Shown here: positions 28,454 to 42,146 of the stretch, piece by piece
How the letters are laid out: every line of letters begins with the position of its first letter
Numbering within the stretch: the stretch's first letter is position 1
Origin: Octopus sinensis
Taxonomy: Eukaryota
Assembly: GCF_006345805.1 (NCBI RefSeq)
Contig: NC_042999.1
Location: 53,010,001-53,074,000, forward strand
Direction: 5' to 3'
Length of the DNA: 64,000 nt
Notes under the pieces: model-generated
The model's database searches: none
Told to the model about the DNA's origin: nothing
The model's input: the letters and a program-made list of their open reading frames with translations, nothing else
Position numbers and translations under genes: made by a program

Positions 28454-29177
28454 CTCAAACACACATACACACACACATGCACATACCCATACACATCTAT
28501 GTGTGCATGTAAATATATATAAATGTGTGTGTATATATGTCAATAATATTATACAAAATTCACTTGAAATCCTGTGCATGTATATCAGTCTGGCGAATTA
28601 CTCGAAAAGAAAACATAAATATTCCAGGTTCTACAAACTGGCTGGTAAAGAAGTCCATTTCAAGTGAAACAGAAATATAAAGATACCATGCTTTGTGGAA
28701 ATCCGGTGTGAATCAAAGACATAGTTGGTACATGTTACACCGTCATCCATTCAGTAAAGACACAAGAAAAGATAGATCGAAATATCGCTACATCTGTTTC
28801 AGTAGTTTGTTATTTATTTAACAAAGCATTATAAAACATAAGCTATTACATAAATGCACAATAGGTTTTTATGAAATAGTATGTATTATATTATTCATTC
28901 TTTTTTAAATAACCACGCATTTGAAACGCACGTAATGATGTTTTAAATTGACCTTTCTTATGTGTGATACTTCCCAACAATGTGACATTGTGTTCAGACC
29001 CACTGGGCGGCACATTGGGCAAGTGATTTCTTCTACAGCTCCAGCTTAACCAAAACGTTGCAAGTAGAATTAGGTCGACGGAAATTGAAAGGAGCCCATC
29101 GGCACTCTATCTGTTTCTGTTTGTCTCCCTCTCCCTCTTTCTTTCTCTCTCTCTCTTTTTCTCTCACGATACATACC

Positions 29178-29232
<55 letters not shown>

Positions 29233-29288
29233 CACACCACCAAATATATATATATATATATTATATATATATATATAGTATATAGATG

Positions 29289-29690
29289 CAGAAGTGGCTG
29301 TGGTAAGAAGCTTGCTTTTCCAACCACATAGTTCTGAGTTCAGTTCCACTGCGTGACACTTGGGCAAGTGTCTTCTACTATAGCCTCGGGCCGACCAAAG
29401 ACTTGTGAGTAGATTTGGTTGAAGGAAACTGAAAGAAGCACGTCGTATATGTATACATACATATGTATATGTATGCATGCATTCTGCGCTTGTCCACCCA
29501 TCATCGCTTGACAACCGATTTTGATGTGTTTATGTGCATGTAACTTAGAGGTTCGGCAAAAAAGAAACCGATAGGATAATTACTAGGTTTACAAAGATAG
29601 TTCTAGATAGATTTGTTCGACTAAAGATGGTGCTCTAGCATGACCATGGTCAAATGACTGGAGCAAGTAAAAGAAGGAAAGAATAAAAGG
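29289..29690 (+). mobile_element. CORE-type tRNA SINE with internal microsatellite
   Basis: TGGCTGTGGTAAG...GAGTTCAGTTCC...CTTGGGCAAGTGTCTT; tail caagtaaaagaa. Fragments at about 28970-29105, 31690-31900 (-), 41395-41460 and 44955-45355. Confidence 0.85.
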
Positions 29691-29696
29691 ATATAT

Positions 29697-29741
<45 letters not shown>

Positions 29742-31130
29742 ATATATATTATCATTATGTGTTCGTTTCTTTGTATTTGGGTTGTGTGTGGTCCCACTAG
29801 AACTTGACAATATTTCCTATTTTATTTCCATCATCGTAACTTAGCGTCATCAGTGATGACGCCTTACTGCCCAGAAACCCAGTTCTTTGTGAATCATGTA
29901 AAGCTAGAGATGGGAACGATGATTTCCCTTCTCAAATACTAATCAGGCACAGACAGTTTGTCATTAGCCACCTGGATGAGATGTCTTCCTGGGGCTATAA
30001 ACAACAGTAGCATTATCCTCTGCGGATCCGCCACACTTAGGTGACAAATATATTTCACAATTCCGTGTTACTCTTGTTTACATCTCGTCTAGAGATTTAT
30101 TACTCACTGTCTGTCTGTCTCTGTCTCTGTCTGTGTCTGTGTCTCTCTCTCTCTCCACACACACACACATACACTTATGTAGATTTCTCGTGTTCCTTTC
30201 TGTTGTTGAAGAGCGTAGGCATGAAACGTAACATACTTTCTCACCTTCCAGAGTATTAAACTATTACATGTTTTTATTTTGTTTACATAGCTGTCTTCGC
30301 CTTTTTTTTCTTTTCTGTAAACTTCAGCTATGTGTATGTTTCTATAGTTCCATATAGTGACAAGGGAGTCAACCTCTCCACAGCAAGCGAGGGCATTAAA
30401 TTGACACGCCATTTTCACATGAAATTAATGCCCATCGGAGATGCTACTCCATTCCTGGTGGCAAAGCTGAATTCCATTTGTCTAGTCAGTATTTATAGAA
30501 TTTACCGTAGGAATCAATAGCTAATTCACCAAAATAGTAATGTGGAAATTATAAAATTTGAAACTAAAAAGGAAAAGGTTCACCGTCACAAAAAATGACT
30601 AAGGGAGCTAAGCAGCACCAGCATTGTGGGAAACAAGAGTAAAATACTCTTTAGCTACGAATAAACCATGATTCTATGTACTGAGAAGAGAGACAACCTC
30701 CACACAATTGGCATGCCAATTTCCCATGAGATTAATGCCCTGGTGACGCTACTCCATTGCTGGTGGTGAAGATTCCACTTTTCAGTATATATAAGATTCT
30801 TTATTTATGCATTGAGGCTACCATAGGTTTTATGTAAAGAAAAATATATTAATATCTTAACAATCTTCAAGCTGATCACATAGCAGAATGGTGTTCGTTT
30901 CCATTTTGGATGGAAGCACCACAATTTAAAAAAAAAAAAATTCCCCTTCCAAATCTTGAAAATTTGCCTTGCAATGAAAGCCAACTGATTTATCATTTTT
31001 TTTCTTTTTTAATTTTTCATACACCCGTATTTATTAAAATTTACTATCAATTTAGCATTCTACCTTATTACAATTTTTCACCTCCTATCATTTCTCCACA
31101 GGCGGTTAACACAACCCCACTATTTACTGA

Positions 31131-31165
<35 letters not shown>

Positions 31166-31939
31166 CAATATAGGGTAGCAAAAAAAATTCAGCAGAAATT
31201 ATATATATATATATATACATACATACATACATACATACATACATACATACATACATACATACATACATACTTGTGTGCGCCCGTGAATCATGAATGTATG
31301 CGCATACCTGGTATGCGTTTGTTTGCAATGACTTGCGCACAACCATCTTTCTAGTATTCCTCCTACTCCACCCCACCTCTTCCTTCACCTCATCATGATA
31401 ACCATCATCATTATCATCGTCATCACCATCATCATCATCATCATCATCATTATTTTTCTGCTACCCACATACCTTATATATCACCATCTGTACCACCGAA
31501 ATCACAGTTAGCAGTAAACCATTTTCTGATTTCCTGCTGCTCCAGATATCTCATGCATACACCTGCTGTCAGTCTTCATGTGGCCTCTCCGCTCAATCAT
31601 TGAGATAACCATTTGTTATCAATTCACAGCCTCGCTTCTGCTCGTCTCTATTACATCGACGCTGCTTAACGTCAGCCAGAAGAAATGGTGTTTTCATAAA
31701 AAGTATTCTATCTTTTACGTGTTTCCAGTTATTTTAATGCGGCCATACTGGGGCACCGTCTTGAAGAATATTAGTCAAGCGAATCGACACACTGTACTTA
31801 TTGTTTTTCCTTTTATGCCTTATACTCATTCTATCGCTCACTTTTGCTGAACTGCTAAGTTACAGAGACCTAAACACATCCACACTAGTTGACAAATGGT
31901 GGTCACACACACACACCTATCTATCTATCTACCTATCTG

Positions 31940-31994
<55 letters not shown>

Positions 31995-32007
31995 CTCTAT
32001 ATCTCTC

Positions 32008-32089
<82 letters not shown>

Positions 32090-32111
32090 AATATAATATG
32101 TGACAATAATT

Positions 32112-32235
32112 CGGTAGCCATGATAAAACTCCGAGTTTCGGATGTCGGGGCGGAACCCACGCCGGAATCTTTTCAGTTATCGGGACATCAAAAAACGCCC
32201 GATATCCAAAACTCGGAGTTTTATCATGGCTACCG
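32112..32235. mobile_element. 124-bp MITE with about 40-bp TIRs
   Basis: cggtagccatgataaaactccgagtttcggatgtcggg / cccgatatccaaaactcggagttttatcatggctaccg, flanked by direct repeat aataatt. Confidence 0.85.
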
Positions 32236-32323
32236 AATAATTCCCACATATTATATTTATAAATTCCCTATTTACACAATATCGAGGTCCCATTCTTTGT
32301 TGTCTTACCATTTCTATCAATAC

Positions 32324-32366
<43 letters not shown>

Positions 32367-32388
32367 GATATATATATATATATGTGTG

Positions 32389-32424
<36 letters not shown>

Positions 32425-32439
32425 TATATGTATACTACT

Positions 32440-32470
<31 letters not shown>

Positions 32471-33053
32471 AATAATAAAAGGGTAAAATTAATTAATTAT
32501 TATTAATAATTTTACCAAGTAATGTTCAGTATGTAAAAAGACCATTTACGGTATATTTAAAACATTACGTTATATAATTGGGGTTCAGTAAAATAATTTA
32601 CTTTACCATACACCGAACATTTAGAAATAGCAGCCCAAAAATTTTAGCTATATACATATATATACATACATATATACACTACCGTCAGAAATTAATTAGC
32701 ACCCTTGATTTGCTCTTCACTCAAGGTATGTGCTGTTACCTAGTGGCCATATCTCGAACTATTGCTTTGTTGCGAGTTCACTGTTGCGCAGAACGATGAC
32801 GTAACTTTGTTTGCAGAGCGGTTTGAGAGTCTACAGCCTAATGATGTTGACATAGCAGTGCAACAACAACTTGGAGTGCGGATGCAGACAAATCTTCCTT
32901 TGTTTAATAGATATAGGTAGCGCCTCGCAAGGACCGAAATCACACCGTACTAAGTTTTCTCATCGCGTAAGACGTTTTGAACAGCTTGTAGGTTAATTGA
33001 TTTGTGTATTTGCAGGATTTTTTTTCCTCACAAATTCTCCTACACTCTGCTTT

Positions 33054-33069
33054 GTGACGTCACTTCCGG
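33054..33069. promoter_or_regulatory. Overlapping CRE/ETS composite motif GTGACGTCACTTCCGG
   Basis: Perfect CRE (TGACGTCA) overlapping a CCGGAAGT ETS site, about 160 bp upstream of the transposase ATG. Confidence 0.5.
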
Positions 33070-33225
33070 TTCACAAAACTTCTGTATACATCAATAAAGT
33101 GAGAAATTCTGCTTTCTTTCTTTTTTGTTTAATGAATAATAACTCATAGTAGTTTTGTTATAGCATAACATTATTCAAATGAATAGTTTTAATGAAAATA
33201 ACTGGTTTTTATCGTTCATTCCTAG

Positions 33226-33667
33226 ATGGGCCCAAGGCCTCGCATGACCTTGGAGAGACGGTACGAGGCTCTCTCGTGGCGTGGGAAGCTGTCGGAGGCT
33301 GCAATAGCCAGAAAACTTGGTGTAGCCAGGCGCACAATTCAGTGCTTATTTAAGAAATACGAAGAAGCCGGATCAGTAGCTGACAAAAAGGGTAGGGGAC
33401 AGAAGAGGCTGACGACCCAGCGGGAGGACCGGATGCTGATCCGAAAGTCGCTGAACAACCGAAGGGCAACGAGCCGGCAGCTTGCGGAGGAGATGCAAAA
33501 GGTGACAGGGAAGCAGTTGTCTACAACCACCGTCAAGACCAGATTACTGGAAGCTGGTCTAAAATCCTGTAGGGCCGCCCGTAAACCGCTCCTTACAGCC
33601 CAAAACCGGAAGAGTCGGCTGCTCTGGGCCCGTGCCCACAAGACATGGACCGTGCAGCAGTGGCGGG
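33226..33667 (+). CDS. Tc1/Tc3-type transposase paired-HTH DNA-binding domain, exon-like and uninterrupted
   Basis: 147 stop-free codons: IARKLGVARRTIQ, GRGQKRLTTQREDR, TTVKTRLLEAGL...RKPLL...R..RLLWA..H..WT.QQW; acceptor ttcattcctag|ATG and donor G|GTAAGA. Confidence 0.85.
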
Positions 33668-34203
33668 GTAAGATTTGTATTTAAACATTTTTGGCGAAGG
33701 AGAATGAAGAATAACTGAACCGGTGTATAATTTTATACATGGCTAAGCATGAATAAGCAGCAAATGTAATTCACATAAAAATATCTTCAACACATCAGTA
33801 TTTAAATTTCATTATCTATAATGAGATTAATTAAAATTAGCTTATTATTTTATTTGCCTGTGTCAATATATGAATGGAAATTTCCAAAGGTTGTTTAGGC
33901 TCCGCAAAAGCAATATATTCAACAATTTATATCTATATATAGCATCAATGTGTTATATTATGTTCTTAATTTAATCGATTCCAAATGTTTGCTTCATATC
34001 AAGTATAATCTTTATAGTTCTATATTTACGAGATGAGGAATTATTTACATTATTTACATTTGATGGATATTTGTCCTCATCTTGTTCGTTACTAACTCAA
34101 CGTTTCGGCTGATTTGCCCTCCAGCTTTCATCAAGTATATGCCGGAGTATTTAAGAGGAAGGGCTACTAACTCCAAGATACCGAGTTCGATTCCAGGTAG
34201 TGA

Positions 34204-34208
<5 letters not shown>

Positions 34209-34249
<41 letters not shown>

Positions 34250-34267
34250 TAATAATAATAATAATAA

Positions 34268-34298
<31 letters not shown>

Positions 34299-34335
34299 AA
34301 GAAGAAGGAGAAGAATGATGATGATGATGATAATG

Positions 34336-34415
<80 letters not shown>

Positions 34416-34427
34416 GATGATGATGAA

Positions 34428-34478
<51 letters not shown>

Positions 34479-34501
34479 AATAATGATAATAATAATAATA
34501 A
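34209..34501. repeat. (AAT)n/(AAG)n/(ATG)n triplet microsatellite mosaic
   Basis: Direct reading. Confidence 0.97.
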
Positions 34502-35057
34502 TTGCCCTGATGCAGTACCAGACAGTGGCTCTCATGGCTTCTGATCTTAACTGGTTGGAAGTGTTATCATGTACATTGTTTTGTCTTGTAATAAAAGATG
34601 GGCTACAGAAATATTCTGTGCCAATACCACAGATTTCCTTGTCAGTTGTTTGACCATAACCAGTTGAGCATGTCCCTTAGTGGCTGATGATATGTGCAAC
34701 TCTGATCACAAGCAGAGTTAGTGGGGGAGCATCATAGCCGTGTGTTGACAGGAATTCCTGGGGGTTTGGATAATTCACTTTTGGAAACATGGTTGGTTCA
34801 TTCAACATCCTTAAACAATCCTTATTCAGGGACCTTTTGAGCGAGATGGGCTACTCGACCAGAAGAAAATTCCAACTGGGCCCCACCTGCAAGGTCATGC
34901 GGTGTTTATCTTGATATGAGATCACGATGTCACGCACATATGATTGTGATGCATGTGCCTGGTGTACCCTTATCAGACGGGTAGTCATGATGGGTATACT
35001 GGGCGTCGTATATTTTACCCCAGTGTCACTTTGATGGCATACACTGCTCTTTCATTC
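34502..35057. mobile_element. Non-coding, relatively GC-rich insertion within (AAT)n
   Basis: Absent from the homologous element at 46655-47255 and bounded on both sides by (AAT)n. Confidence 0.6.
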
Positions 35058-35066
35058 AATAATAAT

Positions 35067-35124
<58 letters not shown>

Positions 35125-38100
35125 TAATAATAATAATAATAACCCAGTTTCAAAATTTCCCCAAGACACCTGATGAAGGCTGGAGGGTTCATCACACGAA
35201 ACATTGTGTTAACAACAAACAATATCCGTCAAATGTAAATAATGTAAATACCGTATGATCTTTATGTCTTTGCACAAGTGGTAATTATCATCATATCCAG
35301 ACCATTGTGGATTTCCTAATTTCATTTAAAATTTAAGGAACAAAGAGCTGAGATATGAATTCATATTAATACGGTTGCTTTCGTCTTTCTCAGCGATTAT
35401 AAAATTCGTTAAGGTTGCAATATCTATGTACCTTATCGTACAATGAGTCTCACACAGAAGAGGGGTGTCACAACTTTACTTAGGTATATATTTCACAACG
35501 GGGGAAACGCATGGTTTTAAGTATATCCACCATAGTACATAAACAGCTTATCGTGCAACTTGGAAAAGTCACTATTAAAATCCAAATACAAAATGTTTGA
35601 TATTTGGATGCTACTGAATGTACACTGCTTTCGTTTCTTATTTTAAAATATATACCATTATGTTGTCTACTTTATATGCATTAAAACTTCAGATATTCTG
35701 TGATTTTTTTAAATCTAAATATAAAGCGGTTTTCTGTCGAATTTGTCTACTTTATTTTTAGAAAGTTGCCATACTGTTAAATCCCATCTGATGTTCTTCC
35801 TCACCTTCTCTGTCATATTTCTTCTCTGACTGCATCGACTTTTTTACGAATGCAAATATTATATTATGTGTTAGATCTGCGAACAGTTTGTCCATTCCTC
35901 CATGTATTCTACTCGCGTATTTATTGACAGTGGTTATTTACATTATGTTCGTAACACATACTTAAATGTTTATAAGGTCCTAACTTATATTTCTGTGTGC
36001 AGGAATGCAAAACCAGTTTTTCGACTTACCATTATTCTTCGTAGCGAACCTATTCCCGATTTATTTATATATTCGAATAATTTCTCCAGTCTCCGTTTCC
36101 TCCACCAAATCTCCATACTGGAGTTCATTAAGAGGTTACTTTTATAGTGCTGAACTTAACTTTCTGTTCAGAAATTGAGATGCTGAATTGTATCATCACC
36201 ATTATAGTGTGGATGGCTGTTGCAGAGGAATATACATAAATAATTTTAGGAAGAAATAATACTCATATTCTGTTGTGTCTGGGGAGAGTCATTCTCTTTT
36301 AGTGCCTTATTATTTAACACACTGACCGGTAAAATTTCCACTTATTTCTTATTTTTATTTTCTAAAATTTTCGTTGCGTCTTGCAACCTTTTCAATAGTT
36401 TTGACTCTGTCCGTTTTTACACTGCGTTCCCTTTTGTTTGTTGTGCGCATGTGTATGGGTCAGTGTGTATGTGTGTGCCTATACATGCATACATGTACGT
36501 GTGTATGTGTGTGTGTGTTTGCATGTGTATGTATGTATATATGTGTGTGTATGCATATGTATGTATGTGTGTGCATCTGTATGTACGTATCCTGCATATT
36601 TATGTGCTTGCCTGTCCGTGTTTGTGCATTTTCTATGTATGTGTGTGTGAGCATGTGTTTGTATATGTATGCACCTCTGTCTCCTTGTGTATGCATATCT
36701 GTGTGTGTATATATATTCGTCCTTCACTTCTTTATTATTGTCCCGACAATGGACATAAAATATGAACAATAATAAACAAGTGAAGAACGAATATAGAGTG
36801 CGTGTGTTTATTTGGCAAGAAAAAAAGATGACCATCCCGCAATATAACAATATCTGTTTCAATACACGATTTCATATCAAGAACCTTGCAATGCAAATTC
36901 ATACACTGAGATAGAATAACAGAAATGAGAAATCGTCATGTTTGATATGGTGGTAACTGAATGTCATGCTCTCGAATTGGCAGAACTTACCGGGTGTTAG
37001 ATGAAATGTCACGTGGTAATTCCAGTACTGACTCTGCGCCCTGAGTTCAAATCCAAGACACTATTCTTAGCATTCACCATTTTGGTTTCGATAACAAATA
37101 TTAATTAAATGGAACTGACTTGACAGAAGTTTTGTAGAGTAGGGCTAGATGCTTCGCAAACCCTCTTCCGTTTCTTTGAGCTCTGAGAGCAATATTTGCC
37201 ACGACACCACTGCCAAGTTGAATCAGTCGTGTCTATGGTCTTTCTCTGGTATAAATACAGATGCCGAGAGGAGAACAGGCATGCCTGCTGCCTATGCAAC
37301 CGTTTCGTCTTGCTCGAAAACTAACCTCTTCAAGCTTCTACTTATATGTGCAACTGCATAGAAAATAATGACCGGCTTTAATATGTGTGATTTTAAGGGA
37401 GATTTCCCGGCTATTTTACCAGATCTTGCAGGCACCGAGAAGCTTTCTCATTCGACTTGAATGGTGACATTTTAAACAATACAGCAACTAAATACTTGTC
37501 ACACAATTTTCAGTGCAAGGAAATCACGTTCCAGATGCTTGCAATTTGAATTTTCTTTTTCAGAGGAATCTTATTCGATGCGGTACAGTTTTGCACTTTT
37601 AAAGATTACATAGTTACATGGTATCCATTACGTCGGAAGCAAAATTATGCTTATAGTTTCCAATGATGGAAGAGACCATTTCTTCGTAACAATCTTTGAT
37701 AAAGTTCCTGCTCTAGTTATTTGTATGAAATGTGTCGACTAAAGGAGGTGTTACTGTTGTTGTTTAGACGCAGATCTTTGATTAACGACGTACCCTAAGT
37801 GACCATTCCATCTCTTTTGTCTGGCAGTGTGCATCCAAATATTAAATTATTCAATAGCCCTTTATATTTCAAGATTAAGCGACCACATGAAACGTCACTT
37901 GATGGTTCTTCGACTTGATGGTAGCTATATTGGTCATTGGCTACACAATGCGCCGTGAACAACATAGTTAAGAGTGTAGAAAGAGTACAGCTGATTGTAA
38001 TACAGTCTACCATTGTGTGGAAATTTAGTGTCGTGTTATTCGTTTTCGCAAAAAGGACGGAGTCATCGGACAGAATTAAGAAAATGGTATAATTTGTTTA

Positions 38101-38407
38101 CAACATAAAGCACCTGATGGCGTAGATCAACTAGATCGACACGATCTTTGTCTGATCAAGCAAATAATATGACACAGAAGATTGGATAAACATGTGGAAG
38201 GAAGTTTTATTCATATAAAATCTAAAACATATCGATTTTTGACAGGTTGTTCTTTAAGAACTCTGTTATTTTTTTTCCCAGCAAATCTTTACCAGACGCT
38301 GCATACCTATCTAGTGTAATGAATGAAGGTATAAAGACCGGATTGAACTCTCTCTGAGTCAATATTGTGCATTTTGTAATGTCCATGTTCTGCAAATGTA
38401 TAACATA

Positions 38408-38445
<38 letters not shown>

Positions 38446-38446
38446 C

Positions 38447-38483
<37 letters not shown>

Positions 38484-38644
38484 ATTGGAGCTTTCGTTCG
38501 TTAACCGAACTCTTCAAGTAAAAATTAAAACCCAAAATTAAAACCAAAAGAGTTCTGATAAAGAACAAAAGCGCTAATAAGGAATCAACCAACATTCTGA
38601 TTGCCTCCTTTTTCTCAATACACAATATCTGTACACCAATTTAA

Positions 38645-38685
<41 letters not shown>

Positions 38686-38856
38686 CTCGGATGCGAAGAT
38701 CTATTTCAATGGCAATAATAGTTCAAATTCACCACTATATATAGTTTTTCGGTTTCTATTTCCCGTGGATCATTCGTCTAAAGTCTAACAACTCAAATGA
38801 TTTAAATTAAAGGAAAATATGTTTGTGCGTATTTAACAAGCAGGACTATCTATCCC

Positions 38857-38925
<69 letters not shown>

Positions 38926-39006
38926 TTGTCTAAACAGTGTTAGACACACAGACAGAGATACATACATACATACATACATACATACATACATGCATATATA
39001 CATACA

Positions 39007-39040
<34 letters not shown>

Positions 39041-39603
39041 CATACATAACTACATACATACATGCATATATGCATGCATGCATCTAAAAAAAAATAATCT
39101 GGCGTTCCGTTGCTTACAACGATAAGGATTCGATCAACGGAATACAGAAAATACCATTGAAAAACTTTCTCGTGACCTCTGTCTATTTTAAATCATTGTA
39201 GTAGTATTTGATGTAACAAAAAAAAGGTGGGACTACTACATACTTGACATCGTCCAATTCATAGTTGCTACGCTAATAGTAACAATACATAGCAGAGGAT
39301 TTTTGCTGTTAAATTGCGCCAATAACAATTCTGTAGTGCTGACGTGATTTTATTGTTAAATTTGGTATTTTCTGTAACTTTTGGTTAGTTACTATAAAAG
39401 TATTCCATAATATTTGCAAATATCTGATATAAAGTCAGTTGAAGAATTATTTTCTGGCAGAAGTATTACTAACTACTGTTTTATGCTCAGGCTTCACCGT
39501 TTTAGACAATAGCGAGGGATGTTACATCGTATGCGATACTAGATTTAACACGCTATTTTAGCATTATAAATACACACACACACACTCATATACATATGTA
39601 TGT

Positions 39604-39645
<42 letters not shown>

Positions 39646-39734
39646 GTATGTATATATATATATATTCATATGTATATATATATGAATATATATATATTTA
39701 TATATGTATATATATATGCATATATATATATATT

Positions 39735-39960
39735 TCTTTACTACCCACAAGGGGATAAACACGGAGGGGACAAACAAGGACAGACAAAGGGATTAAGTCG
39801 ATTACATCGACCCCAGTGCGTAACTGGTACTTAATTTATCGACCCCGAAAGGATGAAAGGTAAAGTCGACCTCGGCGGAATTTGAACTCGGAACGTAACG
39901 ACAGACGAAATACGGCTACGAATTTCGTCCGGCGTGCTAACGTTTCTACCAGCACGCCGC
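39735..39960 (-). mobile_element. tRNA-derived SINE with Meta/Sauria-like domain, well preserved
   Basis: Reverse complement of 23551-23775; older copies at about 13350-13470 (-), 36975-37100 and 43567-43770. Confidence 0.88.
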
Positions 39961-40008
39961 CGATTTATATACACATATAAATATACACATATATGTATAT
40001 ATATATGC

Positions 40009-40061
<53 letters not shown>

Positions 40062-40068
40062 TATATAT

Positions 40069-40164
<96 letters not shown>

Positions 40165-40230
40165 GATATTAGGAAATAATTTTATAGTAACTAACCAACA
40201 ACTACACAAAATACTAAACTTGCCTTATAT

Positions 40231-40275
<45 letters not shown>

Positions 40276-40296
40276 TATATATATATACATATATAA

Positions 40297-40388
<92 letters not shown>

Positions 40389-40389
40389 G

Positions 40390-41290
40390 TACTGGGACCG
40401 TATTAACGAAAAAGTTTGTACACATAAACTAGATTATCTTCTCTATAATCTTATTTAACGTAGCTGAATCGTCTGAAACGTCTGCATGCCCGAATTAAAT
40501 TGCTTCTGATTGATATTACCTAGACTATATCAGCTTCCAAATAATCTTTGGTGTTATGGAGGTGTTGATTGACAACAGCGTTACATACATAACTGTTCAA
40601 TGGATTGAAAACTCATGAATTTGGAGGCCAAATGTTAGAGTTTGTGCGGTCATGAAAATTCTTGACTTGCTTGAGCCGAGTTAACTCTAAACATTGTGGA
40701 AAGTAATGAAGAGGCAACACTTGTCCGCCATTAGTGCCACCTCCAAACGTCACGGCACTTGCAGGAAATGTTGTGTGCATGACTGTCGGAACTTCAGAAG
40801 GGTCTCAACATAACTACGTATCGAATCGTCTCATCTTGATAAATATTTTTTCTTGTCTGACAAATAGAAAGCATGTTATGATCGTCTGGGTTTTTAACTT
40901 TGTTTAATAAACTTTTAGATCTGATCAAACGGTGTTCCCTTGCATTTTCTGAATTGAATTTACCTCTCCTTGTTCCGATTATCGTCGTGGACAACATGTC
41001 TTATTGTCTCTTCTGACACATTCAGATCTTTTGTAATTGACGTCATGGAATTTGTGGAATTTCCTTCTGCTGAAAATTTTAAAAATAAATTCGGGTGTTC
41101 TGTTGGTACCAGAGCGTGGGAATTCCTTTTGCCTTTCGATACTAGAAATACCTTTCCGCCTGAACTTCTATAATCCTTAGAAAGCTTGTAGACGAAGGAT
41201 CTGGCGACTTTCAAAAACTGGGCCAGCATCTACGGCCACAATTACAGCACACTTCTTTATTTCTTGAGTAAACTGAGAATGTGTTAATAT
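40390..41290 (-). mobile_element. Decayed Tc1/mariner (DD37D/maT-like) transposase remnant
   Basis: AQFLKVARSFVYK...ITKDLNVSEETIRHVVHDD (HTH), IWPPNS*VFNPL..YV and LIRACRRF in the expected order. Confidence 0.75.
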
Positions 41291-41460
41291 TATTGTAAGT
41301 AATATAAATTAAATAAAGGTAATTAAAAAGCAGTAATAACGAAAACAATGTTATGTTCTAAATATCCTTCGCACGCTATATATGTATATATAGCTCGACT
41401 AAAGGCGGTACTACAGCATGGCCACAATCACATAACTGAAACAAGTAAAAGAGTTAAAGA

Positions 41461-41504
<44 letters not shown>

Positions 41505-41996
41505 TTATATATAATTTCAACTATATATATATATATATGTAAAGAAATACAAACTCGGACAAGAACGCAAAACATTTAAAAGACGATACAAAAAACACGG
41601 ACGGGACATTCGAAGCCTTCAATCTTCAGTCAAGAACCGGATCATCTTCGCAATTTCGGCTGATTAATCTTGAGATTGCTCCAATCTGGCCAACCCCAAG
41701 GAAAATCTAAGCTAAGCGCATTAGATTCCTTGGAAGAAAGCTTCGAATGTATACAAAACAAAGACGGAAAAACGGACGATGTTACACGAATATGAATACA
41801 AAAATACGTAAAAACAATAATGATCATAATAACAAAAGCAGGACGTCACAAAGAGGTGTCTTTCGACAGGACGAGTAAACTTGAGCTGGTGCGTTAGGAA
41901 TGTGCCTTAGGGCAGAGAGAAAAAATGTGTGTTGCTGCGATGACTGCTAGACCCAAAAGACCAGCAGTCGGTCAGTCAGTCACGTGTGAGGAGAAG

Positions 41997-42058
<62 letters not shown>

Positions 42059-42146
42059 TTGAAAGTTACAGAAAGACAAAAAACGAAGACAAATGTATGA
42101 ACAACAAGTAGGTGTATTAGTTTGACGATAGATAATGTGAGAAAGT

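Larger units (their letters stand above)
32677..33700 (+). mobile_element. Left half of a Tc1-like transposon
   Basis: TA-cactaccgtcagaaattaattagcaccc terminus in (TA)n, followed by a transposase N-terminal ORF; no right TIR or DDE domain seen. Confidence 0.75.
34017..35255 (+). mobile_element. tRNA-headed, hammerhead-tailed SINE with upstream inverted tail copy (copy 1, with nested insert)
   Basis: Inverted tail 34017-34140, partial head with B box GAGTTCGATTCC 34141-34208, (AAT)n, insert, (AAT)n, sense tail 35140-35255. Confidence 0.75.
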
